Positions 1 through 8,218 of a stretch of DNA of 64,000 nucleotides are shown piece by piece (position 1 is the first letter of the stretch; the number at the start of each line of letters is the position of its first letter). Made by a program: the position numbers and the translations under genes. The notes below the pieces were generated by a model. The model saw only the letters and a list, made by a program, of their open reading frames with translations, searched no databases and was not told the origin of the DNA. The stretch is taken from positions 2,969,531 through 3,033,530 of the forward strand of contig CAWAGV010000002.1 in NCBI GenBank assembly GCA_963781725.1. Direction: 5' to 3'. The DNA comes from an uncultured Alphaproteobacteria bacterium. Its GTDB lineage: Bacteria; Pseudomonadota; Alphaproteobacteria; Rhizobiales; Xanthobacteraceae.

Positions 1-153
1 GACTTCCGCGAGCTGTGCGATGCCGCCGGCGCCAGGATAGAGCAGGCGGTGGCGCTCAACGCCTGGGGCAGCCGGATGCGGCTGAAAATGCCGTGGTGGT
101 TCTGGAATCTGTTCGGCGAGCAGGCGGTGTTCCTGCTGAGCCGGCGCGGCTAG
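1..153 (+). CDS. metW: methionine biosynthesis protein MetW, C-terminal fragment (gene enters from left edge)
   Basis: Frame 1 is open from nt 1 to stop TAG 151-153. Translation DFRELCDAAGARIEQAVALNAWGSRMRLKMPWWFWNLFGEQAVFLLSRRG matches my memory of the MetW C-terminus (DF.xLC ... W.NLxGE tail). GC-rich codon use resembles the right-hand part of the window. Confidence 0.55.
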   Translation, partial: DFRELCDAAGARIEQAVALNAWGSRMRLKMPWWFWNLFGEQAVFLLSRRG

Positions 154-232
154 CTGTATTCGTTCATGGTTTTTCAGGCGGCCCTGCGATACAAGCTGTG
201 GCCCGCACCATAGCCGCTCCTTGGCGCGCGCC

Positions 233-308
233 GGGCCCGTAGCTCAATGGTTAGAGCTAGCGGCTCATAACCGCTTGGTTGGAGGTTCGAGTCCTCCCGG
301 GCCCACCA
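233..308 (+). tRNA. tRNA with anticodon CAT (tRNA-Met by anticodon; features suggest lysidine-type tRNA-Ile2), CCA encoded
   Basis: 76-nt cloverleaf folded by hand. Acceptor GGGCCCG/CGGGCCC, D stem GCTC/GAGC, anticodon stem AGCGG/CCGCT with loop CTCATAA, variable loop TGGTT, T stem GGAGG/CCTCC with loop TTCGAGT, discriminator A, CCA at 306-308. Confidence 0.95.
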
Positions 309-310
309 CG
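301..310. repeat. left copy of 10-bp direct repeat GCCCACCACG (tRNA 3' end plus 2 nt); candidate attL core
   Basis: Exact 10-mer recurs at 43494-43503, where base composition switches. Confidence 0.4.
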
Positions 311-661
311 CACTCCGGCGCTAACAGAGATTTCCCGGTCTTTTGGTGTATAGCGGCTATTCGCGGGGTTGCTCACTGGCGATTATTCTCTGGAATGGCC
401 TTCAGTCGATACGCTCCGCTCCTTAGCGATTTTGTCTCTGCTCGCAAATTTCCGTTTCCCGGAAGCAGAGATCTTAGTTCGAAGAGACGTGGTTCGAGGA
501 CGGAGCTGTCGAGGTAGCAAGCCCGAGCATTTTGTGTTGTCGGGACCATTCTGAACTATTATCGCCACGTCCGTTCCATTTGGCTTTCCTCATCGGCACG
601 CGCGGATATGATTCTCGGACGGGACAGCGACGGCGAACGGGACAATCAGGATAAGACTGCT

Positions 662-1501
662 ATGGCAAGCGTAGAAATCCGGCCGGGCGTCATTATGGCT
701 TATGACGACTATTGTTTTGCCGAACCTTGGACCTCGCCGCCGACAATTGTCGCGGTTCATGGCAATGCCGAATCCGCGCGGGCATGGACCTGCTGGATAC
801 CGTTCCTTGCGGACCAGTATCGTGTCGTGCTCCCGGACATGCCGGGTTTCGGCCGCTCTGTCGCTCCCCCGGCCTATCAGTGGCAGGTCACTGAGATTGC
901 CGCCGATCTTGGCCGCTTCCTTGATGCGGCAAAGATTGAGCGCTGCCACCTCATGGGCGCGAAATATGGCGGCTCGGTCGTCACGCAATTCGCAATCGAT
1001 CATTCCGATCGGTTATTTTCACTTTCGCTGTTTGGCTCACCGGTGCGCGGTAGTGGCAGCGGCAATGCTGACAAGATCCGCGATCTTGGCGTTCGCGGTT
1101 GGGCGCAAGCGACGCAGCGCGCGCGTCTCGGCAGCAAGGCTTCGGACGCCCAAATCGCCTGGTGGACCGACGAGCTGATGGGCAAGACTGATCCACGCGC
1201 CGCATTCGGCGCCTCGTCGGCGCGCATAGACATGGAGCTCGAGGAACGGCTTGGCCGCATTACCTGCCCAACCTTGATTGTGACGACCCAAGAAAGCGGG
1301 CTGCAATCGGTCGCGGCTGTCGAATCCTACGCGGGACGCATTGCTGATGCGCGCTTGATCGTGCTGCCGGGGGACAGCTATCACATCGCCGCGGCAGAAC
1401 CGGCCATCTGCGCCAGCCACATGGCCCGGTTTCTCGCCGACGTTTCGGCGCGCTCCGCGGCGGAGGCTCCGGCTAGGACCTCATCGCCTGTAAGCACTTA
1501 G
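662..1501 (+). CDS. alpha/beta-fold hydrolase family protein (atypical nucleophile elbow)
   Basis: ORF 608-1501; ATG 662 (MASVEIRPG...) preferred. It has an HG oxyanion motif (VAVHGNAES) and a C-terminal His (GDSYHIAAAEP). The elbow reads G-A-K-Y-G instead of G-x-S-x-G. Confidence 0.75.
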   Translation: MASVEIRPGVIMAYDDYCFAEPWTSPPTIVAVHGNAESARAWTCWIPFLADQYRVVLPDMPGFGRSVAPPAYQWQVTEIAADLGRFLDAAKIERCHLMGAKYGGSVVTQFAIDHSDRLFSLSLFGSPVRGSGSGNADKIRDLGVRGWAQATQRARLGSKASDAQIAWWTDELMGKTDPRAAFGASSARIDMELEERLGRITCPTLIVTTQESGLQSVAAVESYAGRIADARLIVLPGDSYHIAAAEPAICASHMARFLADVSARSAAEAPARTSSPVST

Positions 1502-1512
1502 GGATAAGTCCT

Positions 1513-2505
1513 GTGACCGTATCGCTTTCACGTCGCGATCTGTTCAAATCAACGATCGGCGTTGCCACTGCGGCCTCCGTACTCGATATCGCATCATTCC
1601 CTGCGCGGGCCGACTGGCCAAGTCGATCGGTCCACATCGTGGTGCCATTTCCGCCTGGCGGTGGTGCCGATCTGATCTCGCGCCTGCTGGCGCCCCATCT
1701 GCAGCAGACTTTTGGCGAAGGCTTCATCGTCGAGAACCATTCCGGCGCGGCCGGCCGCATCGGCACTAGCTATGTAGCCAAAGCCGATCCGGATGGAGAG
1801 ACGCTGCTAGTGACGACCGAGTCCTCGATTGTTATCGCGCCCCATGCTGGCGTCGAAATGAACTACGACCCCCTCAAGGACCTCGTGCCGGTCTCGCTGC
1901 TCACGCGCAACACGGTTCTCCTTGTCGTTCATCCATCGGTGCCGGTGAATTCGCTGCGGGAATTTATGGAACTGTTGCGGTCAAAACCCGGACAGATCAC
2001 GTATGGCTCCTCGGGTGTCGGTGGGCCAAACCATCTCGCCGGCGAGATTTTCAAACGCATGACCGGCCTCGACATCGTGCATATTCCGTTTCAGGGGACG
2101 GGCGCGGCACTACAAGGTGTGATCGCGCACCAGGTCGATGCGATGTGGGGCTTCATGGCGGGTCTGATCCCGCAAGTGCGGGCCGGGACGTTGCGCCCGA
2201 TCGCAATGGGCGGACGCGAGCGCTCGGCGGCGCTGCCAGACGTTCCAACTTTCGCAGAGGCGGGCGTACCCGGTTATGAGGCGGTATCGTGGATCGGCAT
2301 GTTCGCCCCTCGAGGGACGGATCAGGCGATTGCCGAGAAACTTTCCGCTGCAGTCAAGACTGCAATGCAAATGTCTGACGTCAAGGATGTGCTGCAGCGC
2401 GACGGCTCGGAGATCGCTGCCACCGCGCCAGCGGAATTCCGTGACGTGATCGCGAACGATTACGCGAAATACGGCAAATTCGCCGATCTGCTCAAGGGTC
2501 AGTAA
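1513..2505 (+). CDS. Bug family tripartite tricarboxylate transporter substrate-binding protein (TctC-like)
   Basis: 330 aa, GTG start. Tat-like leader (SRRDLFKS...) is followed by WPSRSVHIVVPFPPGGGADL, the hallmark N-terminal Bug motif. About 320 aa, typical of the family. Confidence 0.9.
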   Translation: MTVSLSRRDLFKSTIGVATAASVLDIASFPARADWPSRSVHIVVPFPPGGGADLISRLLAPHLQQTFGEGFIVENHSGAAGRIGTSYVAKADPDGETLLVTTESSIVIAPHAGVEMNYDPLKDLVPVSLLTRNTVLLVVHPSVPVNSLREFMELLRSKPGQITYGSSGVGGPNHLAGEIFKRMTGLDIVHIPFQGTGAALQGVIAHQVDAMWGFMAGLIPQVRAGTLRPIAMGGRERSAALPDVPTFAEAGVPGYEAVSWIGMFAPRGTDQAIAEKLSAAVKTAMQMSDVKDVLQRDGSEIAATAPAEFRDVIANDYAKYGKFADLLKGQ

Positions 2506-2653
2506 CGGCCCTGCATCGCGGCGCCTCTCGATAATATCGAGTCGTCAGCTTCGACTGGAGCAAAGTCGCAGCCGAACGGGCAGGTCCTTCCTTGCCAATG
2601 TCGGTATACCCGGTTATACCGGGCTCAGAACGGAACCGTAGGGAGAGAACGTC

Positions 2654-3250
2654 ATGGCTATTACCACGACCGTCCTTGTGCCAACCGGCGCCCCAGAAAT
2701 TGGCTCAATCCCGACCACCCAGCGTCCGAAGTCGTTGCATGGCCTCCGCGTTGCCCTGTTGGATAATGGCAAGGAATTCTCCGACATCGTTCTTGATGCG
2801 CTAGCGGCGACGTTGAAGAAGGAGCACGGCGTTACCCACATCAAGTTCTGGCGCAAAGGCTTTCCCGCCAAGGGCGCACCGTTCATTGACGAGATGGTGG
2901 CGGAGTCTGATGTCGCGGTCTCCGGCGTTGGCCATTGTGGATCGTCCTCGCCCTGGAGCGTTATTGACGCGGTGAATCTGGAAAAGGCCGGCGTTCCGAC
3001 TGTTGCGTTAATCAGCCGCTCGTTCTGCTCGCTCGGTCAGATCGTCGGTCGCGGCGTCGGCCATCAGGCGCTGCCGATCATCATGTTACCGCATCCGATC
3101 GGCGAGGCTGACGAAAGCCGTATCGCGCAGAAGGGCATTGATGCCGCCGCCGAATGCGTGCGCCTTCTCACGACGCCGGCCGATAAGGTCAGTGCCGAAT
3201 ATGCCAACAAGAAATTCCTGTTGCCGGAACACGCTGTCGCGCGCCGATAA
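2654..3250 (+). CDS. hypothetical protein, possibly UGSC-family / GrdB-like redox protein (Cys form)
   Basis: 198 aa with good coding pattern. Motif VSGVGHCGSSSPW lies after a Rossmann-like stretch (LRVALLDNGKEFSD). The family assignment is from memory only and unverified. Confidence 0.6.
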   Translation: MAITTTVLVPTGAPEIGSIPTTQRPKSLHGLRVALLDNGKEFSDIVLDALAATLKKEHGVTHIKFWRKGFPAKGAPFIDEMVAESDVAVSGVGHCGSSSPWSVIDAVNLEKAGVPTVALISRSFCSLGQIVGRGVGHQALPIIMLPHPIGEADESRIAQKGIDAAAECVRLLTTPADKVSAEYANKKFLLPEHAVARR

Positions 3251-3313
3251 TTCCCGAACCGAAATTCAATCGGCGACGCAGGTTGCGGCCGAAAAGACAT
3301 ATGAGGCCACATA

Positions 3314-4384
3314 ATGTTGGATCGAATTCAAACGCCGGCTCTCAATACCATTGAGCTTCCGGATTTTATCGAGGCAATCAACGACCACTTCTACGAGCGA
3401 GGCTGGACCGATGGCCTGCCGGTAATCCCGCCGACGGCGGAGCGCGTTGAGCGCATGCTCTCGGGCATGAACTGGCGGGCGCCGGATGCGGTCATCGGAC
3501 TGATCCCGCCGGGCATGGGTGTCGCGACGCTGCGCACGATCGCTATCAATGCGGTGATGGCAGGATGTCTTCCGGCCTATCTGCCGGTCGTGGTCGCTGC
3601 GGTCGAGGCGGTGTTGGAGAAACAGTATGGCCTCGCGCATCGCCAGACAACGACCCATGCCGGTGCGCCTCTGCTGATCGTGAACGGTCCGATCATCGAG
3701 GAGATCGGGCTTAACTACGGCAACGGCGTGTTTGGTCCCGGTTGGCGTTCGAATGCGACCATCGGCCGTGCACTGCGACTCACGTTGGTCAATGTCGGCG
3801 GCGCGATCCCGGCGGAAACCGACTTCTGCCAGCATGCGCACCCTGGCAAATACACCTATTGCATCGCCGAGCATCAGGCTGCCAATCCTTGGGAGCCGCT
3901 CCACGTCGAGCGTGGCTTCAAGCCCGAGGAAAGTGTCGTCACGGTGATTAATGCCGAGGCGCCGCACAGCATGACGGAGAATGTGCAGACCGATCCGATC
4001 GAGATCATGCGTACTTTCGCCGACACGATGGCGACCTATGGCAGCAACAATCTCTATTCGCAGGGCAATCCCGTTGTTGTCCTCGGTGTCGAACATGCCC
4101 AGCACATTGCTGCCGCCGGTTGGCGCAAGAAGGATATCCAGATGGCGCTGTTTGAAATGGCGCGCCGTCCGTGGGGTATCGCCAAGAATCGCGGCAAGTC
4201 GAAAGGACCGTTCTTTCCGGTCTGGGTCGACAAGAAAGATGAGAACGCGCTCGTTCCGATTATCAACGAGCCGAAGGATCTGGTTGTCTTGGTGGCCGGC
4301 GGTGCGGGCGGCAAGTCGATGTGGTGCCCGACGGCCGGCGCCCAGAGCCTGAGTGTCAGCAAGGTGATCGAGCGGGGCGAATGA
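3314..4384 (+). CDS. conserved hypothetical protein (no family recognised)
   Basis: 356 aa ORF containing GWTDGLPVIPPT. Its stop overlaps the start of the next gene (ATGA at 4381-4384), which implies co-translation with the MmgE/PrpD gene. Confidence 0.7.
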   Translation: MLDRIQTPALNTIELPDFIEAINDHFYERGWTDGLPVIPPTAERVERMLSGMNWRAPDAVIGLIPPGMGVATLRTIAINAVMAGCLPAYLPVVVAAVEAVLEKQYGLAHRQTTTHAGAPLLIVNGPIIEEIGLNYGNGVFGPGWRSNATIGRALRLTLVNVGGAIPAETDFCQHAHPGKYTYCIAEHQAANPWEPLHVERGFKPEESVVTVINAEAPHSMTENVQTDPIEIMRTFADTMATYGSNNLYSQGNPVVVLGVEHAQHIAAAGWRKKDIQMALFEMARRPWGIAKNRGKSKGPFFPVWVDKKDENALVPIINEPKDLVVLVAGGAGGKSMWCPTAGAQSLSVSKVIERGE

Positions 4385-5817
4385 CGGCAGCGGGCACGGC
4401 CAAGAGCGTGGCAGCCGGAGCGGTCCGATCTGCCGGGTCGCCGACCAAGATACTCGCTGGCTTTGCGGCCGGGTTGCGCGGCGGCGATTTGCCCCGGTCC
4501 GTAGTCGATGCGCTGGGCGACCTCTTTCTCGACTATCTCCGCGTCGGTTCGATCGGCGCGGACATGGAGTGGAGCGGCTGGGCACGTCACTATATGGCGG
4601 CCCTCAAACGGGAGGGTGGTGCGCCAGTTCTCTTCACCAAGACCGGTTGCGATCCGGTCGGCTCGGCTTTCCTGAATACGACCTTTGCAGGAAGCATCGA
4701 TGCCGACGACACCCATGTCGGCTCGATGCTGCATCCTGGCTCAATCGTCTTCTCGTCTGCGCTTGCGGTGTGCGGCGAACGGTCCGGCAGCGAATTTCTC
4801 GCCGCGGTGGCCGCGGGCTACGAGGCAATGATCCGCATCGGCCTTTCGATCCAACCGACGCACTTCCGTCGCGGCTTCCAGAGCACGTCAACCTGCGGCG
4901 GTTTTGGTGCGGCGGTTGCGGCGTCGCGATTGTTGTTTGCTGGCACGGCTGAGGCCGACCGCCATATCGCTGAAGCAATTGGAATTGTCGCGTCGTTTTC
5001 CGGTGGCCTGACGCAGTTCTACCAGTCAGGCTCCACTGTGAAGCGCATCCATGCCGCGCGTGCAGCAGAAAACGGCGTCTCGGCGGCGCTCCTCGTCGCC
5101 GAAGGATTTTCCGGCCCGACCGATATCATCGAAGGCTCCAACGGCTTCGCCCGCGCTTACGCCGACGCATTCGACCCCGCAATTATCACCGACAATTTAG
5201 GAAGCGCCTATCTGCTCGACGGCGTCACCGTTAAGGGGCATGCCGCGAGCGCGCGCGTCCAGGCCGCAATCGAAGGCGTGCTCGATCTCTGCCGTGAGCA
5301 TCGTGTAGCAGCCACCGATATCGCCGACCTTTATGTTGGGATTCCGGCAGTGATCCTGGGTCGGCTGACGATCCCACGTCCGGTGGACGTGCAGGCGGCG
5401 CAGATGAGCCTGCCGCATAGCGTCGCCCTTGCGGCGGTTCTCGCGCCCAAGGCCAGCGATGGTTTTGCGCTCAGCGTGCGCGATTACGAGCAAAGCATTT
5501 CGGATAGCGCCGTGAAGGAAGTCGAGCAACATGTTCGTTGCGAGGTCGATCCGGAGGTCGAGGGGGCAACGACTGCAGAATCTGTTCCGGCTCGCATTGT
5601 CATGAAGCTCAAATCTGGCGCGACGTTCACGACGTTCGTGCCGGCGCCAAAAGGCAGCCCGTCCCGTTCCTTTACTCCAGCAGATCATGCCGCCCGGTTT
5701 CGCCGCGAACTCGAGCGCCGTTGGCCGGCGGGGCGTTGCGACGCGATTATCGAGATGTCGCGCAACCTGCCGGGGCTCAAGGATATGCGCGACCTCGTTG
5801 GCCTGATTGCTTCATAA
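4381..5817 (+). CDS. MmgE/PrpD family protein (paralog 1)
   Basis: ORF 4321-5817; ATG 4381 overlaps the upstream stop. Length and motifs (FLDYLRVGSIGA, DDTHVGSMLHPGS, GFGAAVAASRLL) are typical of the 2-methylcitrate dehydratase / MmgE fold. Confidence 0.85.
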   Translation: MTAAGTAKSVAAGAVRSAGSPTKILAGFAAGLRGGDLPRSVVDALGDLFLDYLRVGSIGADMEWSGWARHYMAALKREGGAPVLFTKTGCDPVGSAFLNTTFAGSIDADDTHVGSMLHPGSIVFSSALAVCGERSGSEFLAAVAAGYEAMIRIGLSIQPTHFRRGFQSTSTCGGFGAAVAASRLLFAGTAEADRHIAEAIGIVASFSGGLTQFYQSGSTVKRIHAARAAENGVSAALLVAEGFSGPTDIIEGSNGFARAYADAFDPAIITDNLGSAYLLDGVTVKGHAASARVQAAIEGVLDLCREHRVAATDIADLYVGIPAVILGRLTIPRPVDVQAAQMSLPHSVALAAVLAPKASDGFALSVRDYEQSISDSAVKEVEQHVRCEVDPEVEGATTAESVPARIVMKLKSGATFTTFVPAPKGSPSRSFTPADHAARFRRELERRWPAGRCDAIIEMSRNLPGLKDMRDLVGLIAS

Positions 5818-5837
5818 TTGCTGCGGGAGAAGGGGCC

Positions 5838-6653
5838 ATGTCATACGCTCGTATAACGAGGGCTCCCGAGAGTGCTGGCGCTCAGCGTGCCCGGAATCAA
5901 CAGAAAATGAAGTCTCGACCGCGCGCCCGGGCTACCGCTGCCAATCCGAAATCTGGCGTAACGGCCACAGGTCTTGCCGCTCTCGCCAAGCGTTTCGCCA
6001 ATGCCGGAACGGCAGCCGAAGTCGCTTATGCGGTCCTGCGCGAAGCGATCCTCAGCAATGCCTTTACGCCTGGAATGCGGTTACGTGCCGACGATCTCGC
6101 CAAGGAGTTGGGCGTCAGCAAGACGCCAGTGCGTGAAGCGATACGCAAGCTACAGGCGGAAGATTTCGTCGTGGTCGGTGCCGGGAATGCGCTGACCGTG
6201 AAGGTCCTTTCCGAGACGCAGCTGCTCGAAATCTACTATACGCGCGAGGCGCTCGAAGGTATGGCAGCGCGGCTCGCTGCAGAAAATGCGGGCCAACTCG
6301 ATCTCACGCAATTGCGCGCTGTGCTGCATGACGTTGAAGTGGCGCTCGATAGATCCGATCGCGACGCTATCCGGAATTACACCGGTGAATTCCAACTCGC
6401 GGTCTTCAAGGCCGCTCACAACGATTTCCTTTTCAATTTGCTCAAGTCTTTGCAGGAAAAGATCCGAAATCACCAGACCAGCACGATCAGCGTACCGGGC
6501 CGCGACGAAGAGGTGGTAGCCTTCTGCCGCGACGCGCTGCGCGCCATCGAAGCGCGAGATCCGGATGCGGCCGAACGGATTTCGCGTGCTAATCGGCGCC
6601 GCACGTTGGAACTTCACCTCAAGATGATGCGCAACTCGCCGGCGACCCAATAA
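5838..6653 (+). CDS. GntR family transcriptional regulator (FCD-type C-terminal domain)
   Basis: Winged-HTH stretch LRADDLAKELGVSKTPVREAIRKLQAEDFVV followed by a helical ligand domain. The track ORF starts at 5538, but that extension overlaps the PrpD gene. ATG 5838 lies just after the PrpD stop. Confidence 0.85.
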   Translation: MSYARITRAPESAGAQRARNQQKMKSRPRARATAANPKSGVTATGLAALAKRFANAGTAAEVAYAVLREAILSNAFTPGMRLRADDLAKELGVSKTPVREAIRKLQAEDFVVVGAGNALTVKVLSETQLLEIYYTREALEGMAARLAAENAGQLDLTQLRAVLHDVEVALDRSDRDAIRNYTGEFQLAVFKAAHNDFLFNLLKSLQEKIRNHQTSTISVPGRDEEVVAFCRDALRAIEARDPDAAERISRANRRRTLELHLKMMRNSPATQ

Positions 6654-6692
6654 AAGCCCCCGTCATTCGATAGAAAAGACCAGGGAGATCTG

Positions 6693-7739
6693 ATGGCCAA
6701 GGATGAGGGACCTGAACGCACGATTGCACGGGACTGGGCCAGGATTACCCGACGGACGCTACTTCAGCTCTCTCCGGCCGCGGTCTTTTGTCCCCTAGCC
6801 GCGGAAGAGGGGCGGGCGGAGGACTATCCCTCGCGATCGATAACGCTGCTTGTTCCTTTTACCCCTGGCGGAAGCGTTGATCTCATAGCGCGGCTCACTG
6901 CGGCAAAAATGGCCGATAACCTTGGCCAGCCCGTTGTGGTGCTAAACCTTCCTGGTGCTTCTGGTGCTATTGCTACAATGCGCGTCGTCAACGCAGCGCC
7001 TGATGGATACACGCTCGAAATCTGTACACCGCGCGAAATCAGCACTGCTGCGCTGGTGAACCCTAACGTTACCTACGACGTGGAGCGTGACTTTACTTAT
7101 ATCGCTCTTGGCGGCAGATCGCCTATCGTTGTAGCCGGTGGTCCGACCCTTAAAAATACGACGACATTTTCCGATCTATTGGCCGAGGCGCGCCGGCGCC
7201 CGCAAGGCCTGACCTACTCAACATCCGGCGTAGGCTCGCCGCAGCATTTTCTCGGTGAGCTGATCAAACAACGGTTCGGCATAGAGCTTATTCACGTGCC
7301 ATTCTCTGGCGGCACAGGCGGCCTGCTCGAAGTTCTCGGCGGTAACGTGGATATAACAATCATTACGCTGTCGAGCGCGTTGCAATACATAGAGTCAAGT
7401 AAGCTGATCGGTTATGGCCTTGCCGAGGTGAAGCGTACGCCACTTGCTCCGGAAATACCGGCACTCGCGGAGTACAAAGAACTCGCCGACGTTGATATGG
7501 GTATCTGGTATGGACTTATCGGTCCCGCCGGAATGCCCCCGGCAGTCGTCGGCCGCCTTAACCACTCTTTCCGTGATGCACTTAAAGACCCCGAAGTGCA
7601 GGCGCAGTTGCATCAACACGCTACCGCCGTGATTACGGGCTCGCCTTCGGATTTCGAAGAATACGCGCGGCATGACATTTCCTTTTATCGCAGAATCGTG
7701 GCGGAAACTCACATGCAGCTAGTTAAACCGTCGAAATAG
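6693..7739 (+). CDS. Bug family TTT substrate-binding protein
   Basis: 348 aa; leader followed by YPSRSITLLVPFTPGGSVDL. Confidence 0.9.
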   Translation: MAKDEGPERTIARDWARITRRTLLQLSPAAVFCPLAAEEGRAEDYPSRSITLLVPFTPGGSVDLIARLTAAKMADNLGQPVVVLNLPGASGAIATMRVVNAAPDGYTLEICTPREISTAALVNPNVTYDVERDFTYIALGGRSPIVVAGGPTLKNTTTFSDLLAEARRRPQGLTYSTSGVGSPQHFLGELIKQRFGIELIHVPFSGGTGGLLEVLGGNVDITIITLSSALQYIESSKLIGYGLAEVKRTPLAPEIPALAEYKELADVDMGIWYGLIGPAGMPPAVVGRLNHSFRDALKDPEVQAQLHQHATAVITGSPSDFEEYARHDISFYRRIVAETHMQLVKPSK

Positions 7740-8153
7740 ATAAACTCATTCTCGCATTTTGGAAGCAGCCTAATCGAAACGGCTGAACCGTTGTTGTCCA
7801 TTCGTCCGCCAGTGTCACTTGATCGCAGGCTAAATGCTTCTGATGGCGGCCGTTGCAGGCGATGAATCCTCGGGCCCGGCCCGCTCCACGGTCAGTATGA
7901 TCGCACTTGTAACTGTGGCCAAGCTTACGATTTTCGATGAAATGTCCCGACGGTCGGAAACTCCCGGTCGGTCGCGGTTTACGCGTAGTGCTGAGATCGA
8001 GAGTTGGCGCTGCATCCCGAGACGGCCTTGCTTGCGCTCCTTCACCGACTGGCGCTGGTCACGGTCTTCCATGGCGGCGATGATTTCTGCATGGAGATCG
8101 CGCCGCGCAGCGCGCATCTTAAGCGGTTGCTTTATGATGACCGCCGGCGCGAA

Positions 8154-8174
8154 GCCTCATCGATGAGGGCTTTT
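8154..8174 (+). terminator. candidate hairpin plus T-run (intrinsic-terminator-like)
   Basis: Perfect palindrome CCTCATCGATGAGG (8155-8168) followed by GCTTTT. It lies in the 479-nt gene-free gap between the Bug gene and the SDR gene. Confidence 0.25.
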
Positions 8175-8218
8175 GAAAGCGCGGATCGTTTCGAGTGAGA
8201 TGCCCCTGCGATCGTCGG

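Noticed and set aside
221-568. ORFs 221-517 (+), 369-554 (+) and 383-568 (-) at and after the tRNA
   Set aside because: ORF 221-517 reads straight through the tRNA gene. The others are short with implausible composition. I looked specifically for integrase-like motifs here, as expected next to an island-bearing tRNA, and found none.
3266-4585. 439-aa minus-strand ORF spanning the hypothetical and PrpD genes
   Set aside because: It is antisense to two well-supported plus-strand genes. The translation is Arg/Pro/His-rich and low-complexity with no domain motifs. This is a typical GC-rich shadow ORF.
5538-5837. 100-codon N-terminal extension of the GntR ORF
   Set aside because: The extension overlaps the 3' end of the PrpD gene in another frame and is Arg/Gly/Cys-rich. 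The HTH-containing protein starts plausibly at ATG 5838, just after the PrpD stop.
7830-8166. ORFs 7830-8117 (-) and 7834-8166 (+) as real genes
   Set aside because: They are mutually overlapping, lack an RBS, have poor composition and match no recognisable family. I treat them as possible gene debris (see findings), not as features.
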